Source of the DNA: Methanomassiliicoccales archaeon
Lineage (GTDB): Archaea; Thermoplasmatota; Thermoplasmata; Methanomassiliicoccales; JAUVWO01
DNA length: 41,446 bases
Direction of reading: 5' to 3'
Assembly: GCA_030604065.1 (NCBI GenBank)
Contig: JAUVWO010000001.1
Location: 1-41,446, forward strand
Shown: positions 9,114-19,146 of the stretch, one piece after another
Numbering within the stretch: position 1 is the first letter of the stretch
How the letters are laid out: each line of letters starts with the position of its first letter
Made by a program: the position numbers and the translations under genes
The notes under the pieces: generated by a model
Databases searched by the model: none
Seen by the model: only the letters and a program-made list of their open reading frames with translations
What the model was told of the DNA's origin: nothing

Positions 9114-9129
9114 TCTGGAGGCGATTCCT

Positions 9130-9402
9130 ATGGTAGATCAAAAGGTCTGCTCGTTCTGTGGCGAGAGCATCGAGCCCGGTACCGGGAAGATGTACGTCAA
9201 GAAGGACGGCACCGTTTACAACTATTGCACGATGAAGTGCTACAAGAACATGGTCGTTCTGGGCCGGGTCCCGAGGACCACGACCTGGACCAAGGCATAC
9301 GCTAAGGAGAAGGACGCCCGCTTGCGCTCAGAGGAGCACAAGAAGCCCCGCAAGGCCTCCCGCCGTGGCGGCCGCATAAGGCGCAGGATCGAACAGGAGT
9401 GA
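9130..9402 (+). CDS. rpl24e: 50S ribosomal protein L24e
   Basis: [29 protein letters not shown] is the L24e zinc-ribbon motif. A basic C-terminal tail follows. Confidence 0.9.
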   Translation: MVDQKVCSFCGESIEPGTGKMYVKKDGTVYNYCTMKCYKNMVVLGRVPRTTTWTKAYAKEKDARLRSEEHKKPRKASRRGGRIRRRIEQE

Positions 9403-9406
9403 TCAC

Positions 9407-9859
9407 ATGATGGAGAGGACCTACGTCATGATCAAGCCAGACGCTATGCAGCGTGGGCTGATGGGTGACATCCTGTCCCGCTTCGAGGCTCGCGGGCTCA
9501 AGCCCGTGGCCGTGAAGCTCATGCGCATACCCCGTGAGCTGGCCGAGCGCCACTATGGGGAGCACAAGGGCAAGAGCTTCTTCGACCCGCTGATCGAGTA
9601 TATCACATCCGGCCCCTGTCTGTGCATGGTCTGGGAGGGCGACAACGCCATCCAGGCCTGCAGGCAGATGATGGGCAAGACCAACCCCCAGGACGCTGCT
9701 CCCGGCACCGTCCGCGGGGACCTGGCCCTGCAGACCGGTAGGAACCTCATCCATGGTTCCGATTCCCCGGAGAGCGCCAGGCGGGAGATCGAGCTCTTCT
9801 TCAACGATTACGAGCTCGTCACCTACGAGCGCACCATGGATATCTGGATGTACGAGTGA
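9407..9859 (+). CDS. ndk: Nucleoside diphosphate kinase
   Basis: [16 protein letters not shown]...NLIHGSDS carries the canonical NDK active-site His motif. Confidence 0.95.
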   Translation: MMERTYVMIKPDAMQRGLMGDILSRFEARGLKPVAVKLMRIPRELAERHYGEHKGKSFFDPLIEYITSGPCLCMVWEGDNAIQACRQMMGKTNPQDAAPGTVRGDLALQTGRNLIHGSDSPESARREIELFFNDYELVTYERTMDIWMYE

Positions 9860-9940
9860 TATCGTTCAAACCCCTTTTTCATTTATCATTTCGTCGCAAG
9901 GCGCCCATGGAGGGCGATCAACAGGATCGGAGGACCATGC

Positions 9941-11692
9941 ATGACCACCAGGCAACCGATAGTGAGCGTGCTCGGGCACGTGGATCATGGAAAGACCATG
10001 CTCCTGGATCGTATCAGAGGTACGTCGGTGGTCTCGCGCGAGGCTGGTGCCATCACCCAGCAACTCGGTGCCACTGAGGTGCCCATAGATCACATATACG
10101 ATGTCTGCTCCCAGCTCATCAGCGAGCGGAACTTCACCGTGCCGGGGCTGCTGTTCATCGACACTCCGGGGCACCACTCGTTCACGACCCTGCGTGCTCG
10201 TGGCGGTTCGCTGGCCGACATGGCCATTCTGGTCATAGACGTGCGCGAGGGCCTGATGCCCCAGACGATCGAGTCCATACGTATACTGCGGCGTCTGAAG
10301 ACACCATTCATAATCGCTCTCAACAAGATCGACTCGATCCCTGGGTGGGAGTCGCAGCCGAATACACCATTCGTTCTGTCGGCACGCAAGCAGAGCGAGA
10401 GGGCCCTGCAGGAGCTGGATCTGAAGCTTTACAACATCATCGGTCGTCTTAACGAGGAGGACCTCAGTGCCGAGCGCTACGACCGCATCGGCGACTTCAC
10501 CAAGGCCATCGCCATGGTGCCCTTGTCGGCCAAGACCGGCGAGGGTGTGTCCGACCTGCTTCTGGTGCTCATCGGCCTGGCGCAACGGTTCCTAGAGGGC
10601 CAGCTGGAGATGGAAGAGCGCGGGCCTGGCCGCGGCACCATCCTGGAGATCAAGGAGGAGAAGGGACTCGGCCCCACCCTGGACGTCATCCTGTACGCTG
10701 GCACCCTGCGCAAAGGCGACAAGGTCGCCCTGGGCACTCGCTCCAAGCCGGTGGTGACCAGGATCAAGGCCATACTGAGGCCCAAGCCCCTTGATGAGAT
10801 CCGCGATCCCAGGGATCGTTTCGATCAGGTCAATGAGGTCTCCGCCGCCATCGGGGTCAAGCTCAGCTGCCAGCACATCGAGGGCGTCATGGCCGGAGGG
10901 CCGCTGCGGGTCATCCATGATAATGAGGACCAGGTGCTGGCGGAGATGACCGAGGAGACAAAGGTCAACATCAAGCTCTCCGATTCTGGTGTTATGATAA
11001 AGGCCGACGCCATAGGATCGCTAGAAGCGCTCGCATACGAGTGCGACGCCGCAGGCGTACTGATACGCAAGTCAGGGATCGGCGACGTGAGCCGCCGGGA
11101 CATCATCGAGACCTCGGCCTACGGCGATCCGTTCCACAAGGTCATACTGGCATTCAATGTGGCCGTCAATCCTGATGCCAAGGAGGCCATGCACGATGCG
11201 GACATGCACATGTTCGCCTCTGATATAGTCTACCGCATCATCGAGGACTTTCAGGAGTGGGAAGCCAAGGAACGGCGCAAGATAGATGATGAGAAACGTT
11301 CCAAGTTCGCTTTCCCAGGGAAGATGATGATCATGCCCAACCACGTGTTTCGAGCGAGCAAGCCAGCGATCGTGGGCGTTCGAGTGCTCTCCGGTCGGAT
11401 CCGGCCGGGGCAGAGGCTGGTCGGCGTGGATGGACGTGACCTTGGGCGGATCCGAAGCATCAGGGACGGCGAGGAGCCGATGCGCGAGGCCAAGCAGGGC
11501 GCTGAGGTGGCGGTGGCCATAGAGGGGATCACCATCGGGCGCCAGGTGGATGCGGAAGGCATACTCTACGTGGATCTGATGGAGACCGCGGCCAAGGAGC
11601 TTCGTAGTTACGATCTCAACGCCGATGAGGCCATGACCTTGGATGAATTATTGGTCATCAAGCGCAAGCAGGATCCGTTCTGGGCCATGTGA
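9941..11692 (+). CDS. infB: Translation initiation factor aIF5B (IF-2 family GTPase)
   Basis: G1 motif [17 protein letters not shown]. At 583 aa it has the archaeal aIF5B length, with no intein-like insertion. Confidence 0.95.
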   Translation: MTTRQPIVSVLGHVDHGKTMLLDRIRGTSVVSREAGAITQQLGATEVPIDHIYDVCSQLISERNFTVPGLLFIDTPGHHSFTTLRARGGSLADMAILVIDVREGLMPQTIESIRILRRLKTPFIIALNKIDSIPGWESQPNTPFVLSARKQSERALQELDLKLYNIIGRLNEEDLSAERYDRIGDFTKAIAMVPLSAKTGEGVSDLLLVLIGLAQRFLEGQLEMEERGPGRGTILEIKEEKGLGPTLDVILYAGTLRKGDKVALGTRSKPVVTRIKAILRPKPLDEIRDPRDRFDQVNEVSAAIGVKLSCQHIEGVMAGGPLRVIHDNEDQVLAEMTEETKVNIKLSDSGVMIKADAIGSLEALAYECDAAGVLIRKSGIGDVSRRDIIETSAYGDPFHKVILAFNVAVNPDAKEAMHDADMHMFASDIVYRIIEDFQEWEAKERRKIDDEKRSKFAFPGKMMIMPNHVFRASKPAIVGVRVLSGRIRPGQRLVGVDGRDLGRIRSIRDGEEPMREAKQGAEVAVAIEGITIGRQVDAEGILYVDLMETAAKELRSYDLNADEAMTLDELLVIKRKQDPFWAM

Positions 11693-11808
11693 TGTCCGGT
11701 AATTGATCACGGTCCTGTCAAGAATCCAGATCGGATGGCCCTGCTCGATCATGTCTGATGGGAATGAATGCCTTGGACATCCATCGCATATCGGTCTGAT
11801 GGGATCAA

Positions 11809-12027
11809 TTATCGTTCTATGAACGAGTGGACCGGTCCTGATACCCAAGAAGGAATATGAAAAATCCGATCAAGGTCACGCAATTGCTGATGGCGAACAT
11901 CAACACATAGTCCCATATGCAAGTCCCCGTACGTATAAAGATAATGATATAGCATGCCTTCTAAGGCTATACTGCTGAAGAATATGCCTAGGAGGGAAAG
12001 ACTGATACCGATAATTGCTTTTTTCAT
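11809..12027 (-). CDS. Hypothetical small membrane protein, possibly frameshifted
   Basis: The N-terminus MKKAIIGISLSLLGIFFSSIAL is a clean TM helix. The remainder of this frame is not protein-like, but a second TM helix is encoded in another frame at 11817-11912. Confidence 0.3.
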   Translation of the reverse strand: MKKAIIGISLSLLGIFFSSIALEGMLYHYLYTYGDLHMGLCVDVRHQQLRDLDRIFHIPSWVSGPVHSFIER

Positions 12028-12274
12028 ATGGACTCCAGTACCTTATGCTCAATTTCATTCATATGGGTTACACTGACATCATGCACATTTGTTGATAGTA
12101 TATTCAAAATATCGTTAAGTTCTTGAAGGCGCTGAGAATGACCACGCCGCCTTCTCCTTCGATCCCAGAAAAGATAACGGATGAGATGTGTGCTTCAGGC
12201 CCTAATCCAGTACTGTTGGAGACCAAAACCTATTTATCATACAGTTCGTTAAAGGCGTACTTCAAGGTGTCAGT

Positions 12275-12676
12275 ATGGTTGAATTTAAGGCTGTCATCAA
12301 CGATGTCCAGGCGGGCAAATCCTTCAACGTGGAGGTCGCAGGACATCATGCCAACTCCCTTCTGGGACGAAATATTGGGGAGGAGATCGACGGCATCTTC
12401 GTGGGCCTCCCCGGTTTCAAGCTTATGATCACTGGTGGCTCGGACAAGGACGGAGTGCCCATGAGGAAGGACCTCCCGGGGCAGCGACGACGCAAGATCC
12501 TGCTATCCGAGAGCCTGGGTTTCCACCCTAAATACGGTGGTGAGCGTCGCCGCAAGACCCTCTGTGGGAACCAGGTGTCCCCCGATATAATCCAGGTCAA
12601 CATGAAGGTGACCCAGTATGGCTCCAAGGGGCTTGAGGAGACGTTGAACGCTTCCGAGGGAACAGAGGACAACTAA
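12275..12676 (+). CDS. rps6e: 30S ribosomal protein S6e
   Basis: [27 protein letters not shown] is characteristic S6e. A TATA-like TATTTATC sits at 12231-12238. Its stop overlaps the aIF2-gamma start as TAATG. Confidence 0.9.
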   Translation: MVEFKAVINDVQAGKSFNVEVAGHHANSLLGRNIGEEIDGIFVGLPGFKLMITGGSDKDGVPMRKDLPGQRRRKILLSESLGFHPKYGGERRRKTLCGNQVSPDIIQVNMKVTQYGSKGLEETLNASEGTEDN

Positions 12677-13908
12677 TGAAGGTCCCTGCCCAGCCCCAGG
12701 TCAACATTGGCATGATCGGTCATGTCGATCACGGCAAGACCACTTTGACCAAGGCCCTCAGCGGTGAGTGGACGGACCGTCACTCCGAGGAGATCCGAAG
12801 GGGCATCTCCATAAGGCTGGGCTACGCGGACGTCGCCTTCTACAAGTGCACCGAGTGCGAGGGGTCGGTGGCGTACACGAACAAGACCAAGTGTCCCAAC
12901 TGCGGCGCCAAGGCCAAGTTCACCCGGGCGGTATCCTTCGTGGACTCCCCGGGTCACGAGACCCTCATGGCCACCATGCTGTCCGGCGCGGCGCTCATGA
13001 ACGGCGCCCTGCTGTTGATCGCGGCCAACGAGGATTGCCCCCAGCCTCAGACCAAGGAGCACCTGATGGCCCTGACCATCATTGGTGTGGATGATATCAT
13101 CATCGTCCAGAACAAGATCGACATCGTGACCCGCGATGAGGCCATGAAGAACTACCGCCAGATAAAGGAGTTCGTCAAGGGCACCATCGCCGAGAACGCG
13201 CCCATCATTCCCGTATCGGCGCATCACGACGTCAACATCGACAAGCTCATCGAGACCATTGAGACCCATATCAGTCCCAATGACCGCAACCCCAAGGCCC
13301 CGGCCAAGATGTACGTGGCACGGAGCTTCGATATCAACACCCCTGGTTCCATTCCCGACGAGCTCAAGGGCGGAGTTATCGGTGGCAGTCTCATGGAGGG
13401 TACGCTGAAGGTGGGTGATGAGATCGAGGTATCCCCCGGTCGCAAGGTCGAGGTCAGTGGCAAGGTCTCGTGGGAGCGGATAACCACCAACGTGGACTCG
13501 CTGCACGCGGGGGGTAAGAGCAAGAAGAAGGTCAACCCCGGAGGCCTCATCGCAATCGGTACCAAGCTCGATCCCTCGTTCACCAAGTCCGATGGGCTCA
13601 CCGGCCGTATGGTCGGGAAGCCGGGCACACTGCCGCCCATGGTCCACAACTTTGACATGGAGACCCACCTGCTGGACAGGGTGGTAGGCAGCGCCGATGA
13701 GATCACGGTGGAGGACATCAAGACCAATGAGCCGCTGATGCTCTCAGTTGGCACGGCGACCACCGTGGGCATCGTGAAATCCGCCCGCCAGGAGGTCGCC
13801 GAGGTCCATCTCAAGATCCCGGTGTGTGCGGAGAAGGGTCAGCGGGTGGCCATATCCCGACGTATATCGGGCAAGTGGCGTCTCATCGGGCACGGTATCA
13901 TCCAGTGA
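12676..13908 (+). CDS. eif2g: Translation initiation factor aIF2 gamma subunit
   Basis: [15 protein letters not shown], a zinc-knuckle (CTECEG...CPNCG), DSPGH and NKID motifs, 410 aa. Confidence 0.95.
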   Translation: MKVPAQPQVNIGMIGHVDHGKTTLTKALSGEWTDRHSEEIRRGISIRLGYADVAFYKCTECEGSVAYTNKTKCPNCGAKAKFTRAVSFVDSPGHETLMATMLSGAALMNGALLLIAANEDCPQPQTKEHLMALTIIGVDDIIIVQNKIDIVTRDEAMKNYRQIKEFVKGTIAENAPIIPVSAHHDVNIDKLIETIETHISPNDRNPKAPAKMYVARSFDINTPGSIPDELKGGVIGGSLMEGTLKVGDEIEVSPGRKVEVSGKVSWERITTNVDSLHAGGKSKKKVNPGGLIAIGTKLDPSFTKSDGLTGRMVGKPGTLPPMVHNFDMETHLLDRVVGSADEITVEDIKTNEPLMLSVGTATTVGIVKSARQEVAEVHLKIPVCAEKGQRVAISRRISGKWRLIGHGIIQ

Positions 13909-13909
13909 C

Positions 13910-14263
13910 ATGCAGCGCGTGATACTGGACACCAATGCTCTTCTAATGCCCTTTGAGGTCCGTATCAACATCGACCTCCAGCTCCAGCGCCTGATCGGCG
14001 ACTTCGAGGGGTTGGTGCCCACGCCGCTGCTGGGCGAGTTGCGCCGTAGCAAGAACCGTCATGCCGGGGCGGCCCTTGCATTGGCCGCCAAGTATCGCCA
14101 CTGTCGCACGGATGCCAAGGGTGATGATGCGGTGGTCGAGCTGGCTCTTCGCACCGGCGCCTATGTGCTGACCAACGACAAGGAGCTGCGGCAGCGTCTC
14201 AAGGTCTGCGGCGTCAAGGTGATCTTCCTGCGCTCCAACAGCCATTTGATGCTCGATCCCTGA
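13910..14263 (+). CDS. PIN-domain protein, Fcf1/Utp24-like (conserved archaeal neighbour of aIF2-gamma)
   Basis: MQRVILDTNALLMPFE...VLTNDKELRQRL matches PIN acidic motifs. The ATG lies 1 nt after the aIF2-gamma stop. Confidence 0.75.
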   Translation: MQRVILDTNALLMPFEVRINIDLQLQRLIGDFEGLVPTPLLGELRRSKNRHAGAALALAAKYRHCRTDAKGDDAVVELALRTGAYVLTNDKELRQRLKVCGVKVIFLRSNSHLMLDP

Positions 14264-14264
14264 T

Positions 14265-15083
14265 TCATAATAACGGATGAGGCGGGTCCTCTTCCCCCGT
14301 GGTCGGGGACTTGCCGATCTGCTCTAGGCGCAGCAGCATCAATCGTTGCCCTCTCTCGCTGGCCGCATACACCGGTACGCCGCTTCCGACCTGCAGCAGC
14401 GCCCTGCGACGGCCCACTTCTCTTATGGTCCGCGAGGCGCAGGCGGTGACGATGTCAGCAACGTCAAAGAAGGTCTCCGCCTCACTTAGGGTCCGTCCAC
14501 TGGTGTGCACTGCGAATATGAGCGGATCTGGGCCGAAACGCTCCCTGATGGCGAGAGCATCCTTCTCAAGAGCGACGGTCACCGCGATGCGCTTGTAACC
14601 CAGCCTTTGCGCTAGGGCCACGCCCTCCACTTGGTCGATGGCCGCACTCTCTGGATCGAGCACGTGATCCTCGCCTACAGCAGCGATGACCTCGGGTATG
14701 GGCGATGTTTCCACTATGCCGGAGATACGTCCACCGATCCCCTGCACCATGTCCGGCCGGTCGACAACCACCGTGCCGGTACCATCACATACCAGGACGC
14801 CGCAGTCCAACTCTCCCATCTCCACTGCCATGGCGGTTATCTCGGAGATGCCGAACGACAGGAAGTAATCCATGCTCATCACCCGGTCAGGGGTGCACAT
14901 GCCGAAGTCTGCGATGCGGAACTCGATGTTCTTGCGTACCGCATCGATGTCGATGCTCTCGAGACCACGATGACGATAGAACAACGGGCAGTAGCTGACC
15001 TCCGGGGCCGTGACCTCTATCACCTTGCCGTCCTCGATGACCACCCTGCACATTCCCATGGCTTCCATGACGTGTCTGCCCAT
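14265..15083 (-). CDS. DUF2099-family protein (resembles 'methanogenesis marker protein 8')
   Basis: The pattern MEAMGMCRVVIEDGKVIEV..YCPLF..IEFRIADFGMCT..FLSFG..VQGIGGRISG matches my recollection of this family. The assignment is from memory only. Confidence 0.65.
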   Translation of the reverse strand: MGRHVMEAMGMCRVVIEDGKVIEVTAPEVSYCPLFYRHRGLESIDIDAVRKNIEFRIADFGMCTPDRVMSMDYFLSFGISEITAMAVEMGELDCGVLVCDGTGTVVVDRPDMVQGIGGRISGIVETSPIPEVIAAVGEDHVLDPESAAIDQVEGVALAQRLGYKRIAVTVALEKDALAIRERFGPDPLIFAVHTSGRTLSEAETFFDVADIVTACASRTIREVGRRRALLQVGSGVPVYAASERGQRLMLLRLEQIGKSPTTGEEDPPHPLL

Positions 15084-15200
15084 GGTTTAAGAAACACCAT
15101 TTTGGCAGAAATATCTTTCCTGGTCGATCGGAATGATCATTACCACCATATTCTCGGGCCAACCACTGTCAGGGTATTCATTAAGTACTTTCTGTGTAAA

Positions 15201-15216
15201 TACCATTATATTGGTA
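15201..15216. promoter_or_regulatory. Near-perfect 16-bp palindrome TACCATTATATTGGTA at the promoter position of the RbkR-type gene
   Basis: The TACCA/TGGTA arms flank an A/T core that could itself be the TATA box. The element ends 28 nt upstream of the ATG at 15244. Confidence 0.3.
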
Positions 15217-15243
15217 CATCATAGTGCCCTATGAGGCGGGCAA

Positions 15244-15912
15244 ATGAACGAGAAATACATTTACGCATTACGGAAGATCGCGCTTCTGGGTGGTCTACAG
15301 GACTACATCGCCATATCATCCCGGGAGCTAGGTGACAAGCTGAAAATGAGCCAGCAGTCAGCCTCTAAGCGTATCCTTGAGCTCCTGGACGCAGGCCTGA
15401 TCCAAAGGGATCTAGGAGCCCGCAGGCAGCGGATAAGGTTGACGGACAAGGGCGTCGACATGCTGCGTCGCGAGTATCTCGAGTACCAGAAGATCTTCGA
15501 GATGCGGGACCACGTAACCCTCAAGGGAATAATCGCCACAGGGATGGGCGAGGGCAAGTACTACATGAATCAGGAGTGCTATGCGGACCAGATCAAGGAT
15601 AACTTTGACTTCCGCCCCTATGAGGGCACTCTGAACATCATGATCAACCAGATCGACATGTCCAAGCTGGAGGTCATCCGCGCCGGTGAGGGCGCAAGGC
15701 TGATCAAAGGTTTCACCCAGGATGGTCGGACCTTCGGTGACGTTAGTGCCTACAAGGCCAAGATCCAGAACATCAACTGCGCCGTGGTGGTGCCAGAGCG
15801 TTCGCACTACGAGAACATCATCGAGATAGTGTGCCAGTACCATCTGCGGCGGACCCTAGGCCTCAGGGACGGCGACCCGGTCACGGTGCAGGTATCATTG
15901 GAGGGCCATTAG
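15244..15912 (+). CDS. rbkR: Fused winged-helix DNA-binding domain and CTP-dependent riboflavin kinase (RbkR type)
   Basis: An N-terminal MarR-like wHTH of about 85 aa (ISSRELGDKLKMSQQSASKRILELLDAGLI) is followed by an archaeal RibK-like domain (GMGEGKYYM...PYEGTLNI...VVVPERSHY). Confidence 0.8.
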   Translation: MNEKYIYALRKIALLGGLQDYIAISSRELGDKLKMSQQSASKRILELLDAGLIQRDLGARRQRIRLTDKGVDMLRREYLEYQKIFEMRDHVTLKGIIATGMGEGKYYMNQECYADQIKDNFDFRPYEGTLNIMINQIDMSKLEVIRAGEGARLIKGFTQDGRTFGDVSAYKAKIQNINCAVVVPERSHYENIIEIVCQYHLRRTLGLRDGDPVTVQVSLEGH

Positions 15913-16014
15913 GCCCTGTGTTCTAGAATGGGCTCCCTTGGAGTATCAAGGCGATATGCGCACTAAACGTCGAGGGAGGCCATCATTTCCATTTTCAACG
16001 AATAGTCGATCGAC

Positions 16015-16821
16015 TCAGTTTCGTCCGACCACGGCCCTGAACAGCCTCAAACCATCGCCGTCGTCACCGTCACGTCCACGGGTCCACTCTGGGTAGTTGA
16101 ATCGGGTCATGGCTCGCTCTGGGTGTGGCATCAGGCCCAGGACGTTGCCTTCGGGGTTGCAGATACCGGCCACGTTGCCGGGCGAGCCGTTCGGATTCCA
16201 AGGGTATCCAGCCAGCTGGCCGTCCTCGTCCACATAACGGAATACGATCTGGTCGTTCTCGTCCAATCGTTCCAGGAATCGATCCTCCTCACCTGCGGGG
16301 AACTTGAGGTGGCCCTCCGCATGAGCCGAGGGGAACATGACCACATCGCCCATGCCAAGACCTGAGGTCCACACGCAGCTGCCCCGGTTGTCCATGCGCA
16401 GCAGGGTGGGCCGACACTCGAACCGGTCGGAGTCGTTGGTGTATAGCGCCACCTGCGGCTGGGGGGCCATGACCTCGTCGAAGGCTGGCCGCAGCCCTAG
16501 CTCCACCAATATCTGGAATCCATTGCAGATGCCGATCACCGGCCGTCCCTGGGTCACGAAGTCCCGCAGCTGGGTACCAAGGCTGGCCTTCATGCGGGCG
16601 GCGAATATCGCCCCAGCGCGTATGTAATCGCCGGCGGAGAACCCGCCCGGTAGCGCCAGTATGTCGTAATCCATCAGGTCCCGACGCAGGTCCAGCGGTG
16701 CATGTCCGGTCAGCTGTTTCAGGTGCACCCTCTCCGGTTCGGCGCCCACCTTGTGGAAGGCGGCGAACGTCTCGTCCTCGCAGTTGGTACCTTCTATCCT
16801 CAGGATGCATACCTTCTTCAT
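16015..16821 (-). CDS. purQ: Phosphoribosylformylglycinamidine synthase, glutaminase subunit
   Basis: Class I amidotransferase with GICNGFQ (nucleophile Cys) and MPHPER motifs. It lies directly downstream of purL. Confidence 0.9.
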   Translation of the reverse strand: MKKVCILRIEGTNCEDETFAAFHKVGAEPERVHLKQLTGHAPLDLRRDLMDYDILALPGGFSAGDYIRAGAIFAARMKASLGTQLRDFVTQGRPVIGICNGFQILVELGLRPAFDEVMAPQPQVALYTNDSDRFECRPTLLRMDNRGSCVWTSGLGMGDVVMFPSAHAEGHLKFPAGEEDRFLERLDENDQIVFRYVDEDGQLAGYPWNPNGSPGNVAGICNPEGNVLGLMPHPERAMTRFNYPEWTRGRDGDDGDGLRLFRAVVGRN

Positions 16822-16825
16822 CCGA

Positions 16826-19141
16826 TCACCCCAGCATGGTAGCGAGGGATGTCCAGGCCTCCCTCATGGCCTCCAGTCCGAGCTTGAACCCGTCCTTCAC
16901 TGACAGCGTATCGCCGCTTACGGTGCCGATGCGCACCGCCAGCCCGTCCATGGCGGCCTCGAAGTCCGCCTCGCGGCCTTTGGCGACCTCTACAACCCAT
17001 CGGGTGTTGCTCTCGGAGAACAGCCTGACCGTCATCGGCAGATCGCCCATCGGTCGCAGGTCGATACTGGCCCCTATGGATCCACCGATGCACATCTCCG
17101 CCAATGCGATGGCCACGCCGCCGTCGGAACAGTCATGGCAGGCGGCCACCATGCCCGCGGACATGGCATCCATCATCAGGTCGATGCTGTGTTCAAGCAT
17201 ATCCACGTCCACGTCTGGCACCTTGCCCCCGCGGCCTCCGAAACGGCGGAACAGGGCGGAGGCTCCCATCTCGTCCCTGGTCTCGCCAACCAGGAAAAGA
17301 GCGCCGCCTTCAGCTTTGAGATCGGAAGTGACACAATGCCTCACATCCTCCACGATGCCAGTGCCAAGAAGCACCGGGGTCGGTAGGGCCACGCCGCCGG
17401 CGGATTCGTTGTAGAAGCTCACGTTGCCTGATGGAATAGGTATCGAAAGACGGCGACACACCTCACCAATGCCGCGCACCGCGTCTCTGAAGTCACCCAG
17501 CCTATCGGGCTTCTCTGGGTTGCCGAAGTTCAGGCAGTCGGTGATCGCATGAGGTCGCGCTCCAACACTGACCAGGTTGCGGCACACCTCGTCCACCGAG
17601 GCCATACCTCCATTGTATGGGTCCTCTGCGGTGTACCATGGATTGCAGCCCACCGCTATGCCCAGGCCGCGCCATGAGGACTCCACTGGCTTCATCACCG
17701 ATGCGTCGCCCGGCCCCTGCCGATTCATGCGTCCCTGCAGTGGCTTGATCACGGTGCTGGCGCGCACCTCGTGGTCATATTGTCTTATGGCCCATTCCTT
17801 GGAGGCTATGTTGGGTTCCCGCAGAAGTGAGAGCATGACATCGTCCAGCGCTGGCAGCTGCGGGAACTCCACACATTCAACAGTGGTAGGTTCACGAATG
17901 ACGAAAGGACGGCAGTACTCCGGCCCCGCGGTGACGAAGTTGAGATCCATGTGGTACACCACCTCGTCGCCCCAAATGAGCTTGACATGATGCCCCTCGA
18001 CCGCCTCGCCGATCACGGTGGCGGGCACGTCCCACAGGTCGAACATCTCCAAGATGCGGGGAACGTCCTCCTTGCGGGCGGCGAGCATCATGCGCTCCTG
18101 GGACTCGGAGACCCATACCTCCCATGGCACCACTCCCTCCTCCTTGAGCGGCACCCGGTCCAGGTGGACAACGGCGCCGCACCCGCCATCGAGGGCCATC
18201 TCGCCCACCACGCAGCTGAGGCCGCCTCCTCCCAGATCCTTCATACCGGTGATGAGGCCCATACGGTTGACATCCAGGCAGGCGTGGATGGTGGGTTCCT
18301 TCATGATCGGGTCGCCCAGCTGCACTGCGCCTCTAGATTCTTCCTCTGATTCCGCGGTCAGATCGGCAGAGGCGAACGTCACTCCATGAATTCCGTCCCT
18401 GCCGGTCCTGCCGCCACAGAGTATGAGCCTGTCGCCAACGCCGCCCACATGGTTGCGGGTTATCTCATCGCGCCGGGCGATCCCCACGCAGCCGACGTTG
18501 ACCAGGCAGTTGCCAGTGTAACGTTCGTCGAAGTAGATGCCTCCGGCAACCGTGGGCACGCCCACCCGGTTGCCGTAGTCGCGGATGCCTGAGACCACAC
18601 CGCGCAGCAGGTAGCGCGGGTGCTTCACCCCAGGAGGCACATCCAGATCCCGGTCGGGCTTGCCGAAGCATAGCGGATCGACCAGAGCGATTGGTTGAGC
18701 ACCCATGCACACCACGTCCCTGAGGATGCCGCCGATGCCGGTGGCCGCCCCGCCGTAGGGTTCGATGGCCGAGGGGTGGTTGTGACTCTCGATCCTCAGG
18801 GCGTAGGCGTGCTCGTCGTCAAAGGCCATCACCCCAGCGTCGCCCCTGGCCAGGACGTCTGGGTGATGGATGCTGAACACATTCTCCTTGAGTATGGTCC
18901 TTGAGCTTTTATAGCAGCAGTGCTCGCTCCAGGCCTGAGCCACGGACTGCAGCTCCACATCGCTGGGGATGCGACCGATGCGCAGGAAGTGCGACCGGAT
19001 GGTCCACATCTCCTCCAGGCTGAGCGACAGGCCCAGGGTGGAGGACAGCTCCTTGAGTTCCTGGTCTTCGGCTGAGAACAGGTCTATATCGTGGATGTCG
19101 AAGTCCACCGGCCTGCGTTTGAGAAGGTGGTCTATGGACAT
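16826..19141 (-). CDS. purL: Phosphoribosylformylglycinamidine synthase subunit II
   Basis: Typical PurL sequence (ESHNHPSAIEPYGGAATGIGG, duplicated AIR-synthase-like domains). The start was chosen at MSIDHLL, 5 nt after the purS stop; the ORF opens at 19216 inside purS. Confidence 0.95.
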   Translation of the reverse strand: MSIDHLLKRRPVDFDIHDIDLFSAEDQELKELSSTLGLSLSLEEMWTIRSHFLRIGRIPSDVELQSVAQAWSEHCCYKSSRTILKENVFSIHHPDVLARGDAGVMAFDDEHAYALRIESHNHPSAIEPYGGAATGIGGILRDVVCMGAQPIALVDPLCFGKPDRDLDVPPGVKHPRYLLRGVVSGIRDYGNRVGVPTVAGGIYFDERYTGNCLVNVGCVGIARRDEITRNHVGGVGDRLILCGGRTGRDGIHGVTFASADLTAESEEESRGAVQLGDPIMKEPTIHACLDVNRMGLITGMKDLGGGGLSCVVGEMALDGGCGAVVHLDRVPLKEEGVVPWEVWVSESQERMMLAARKEDVPRILEMFDLWDVPATVIGEAVEGHHVKLIWGDEVVYHMDLNFVTAGPEYCRPFVIREPTTVECVEFPQLPALDDVMLSLLREPNIASKEWAIRQYDHEVRASTVIKPLQGRMNRQGPGDASVMKPVESSWRGLGIAVGCNPWYTAEDPYNGGMASVDEVCRNLVSVGARPHAITDCLNFGNPEKPDRLGDFRDAVRGIGEVCRRLSIPIPSGNVSFYNESAGGVALPTPVLLGTGIVEDVRHCVTSDLKAEGGALFLVGETRDEMGASALFRRFGGRGGKVPDVDVDMLEHSIDLMMDAMSAGMVAACHDCSDGGVAIALAEMCIGGSIGASIDLRPMGDLPMTVRLFSESNTRWVVEVAKGREADFEAAMDGLAVRIGTVSGDTLSVKDGFKLGLEAMREAWTSLATMLG

Positions 19142-19146
19142 GGATC

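Noticed and set aside
11753-11804. An 11-nt direct repeat GTCTGATGGGA occurs at 11753-11763 and 11794-11804.
   Set aside because: A single 11-mer recurrence within about 40 nt is roughly what chance predicts once in a window of this size. The copies have no palindromic character and no positional relation to a promoter.
13910-14263. The PIN-domain gene could be a VapC toxin of a toxin-antitoxin pair.
   Set aside because: There is no small antitoxin ORF upstream, because the gene starts 1 nt after aIF2-gamma. The aIF2-gamma/PIN (Fcf1-like) adjacency is a conserved housekeeping arrangement in archaea.
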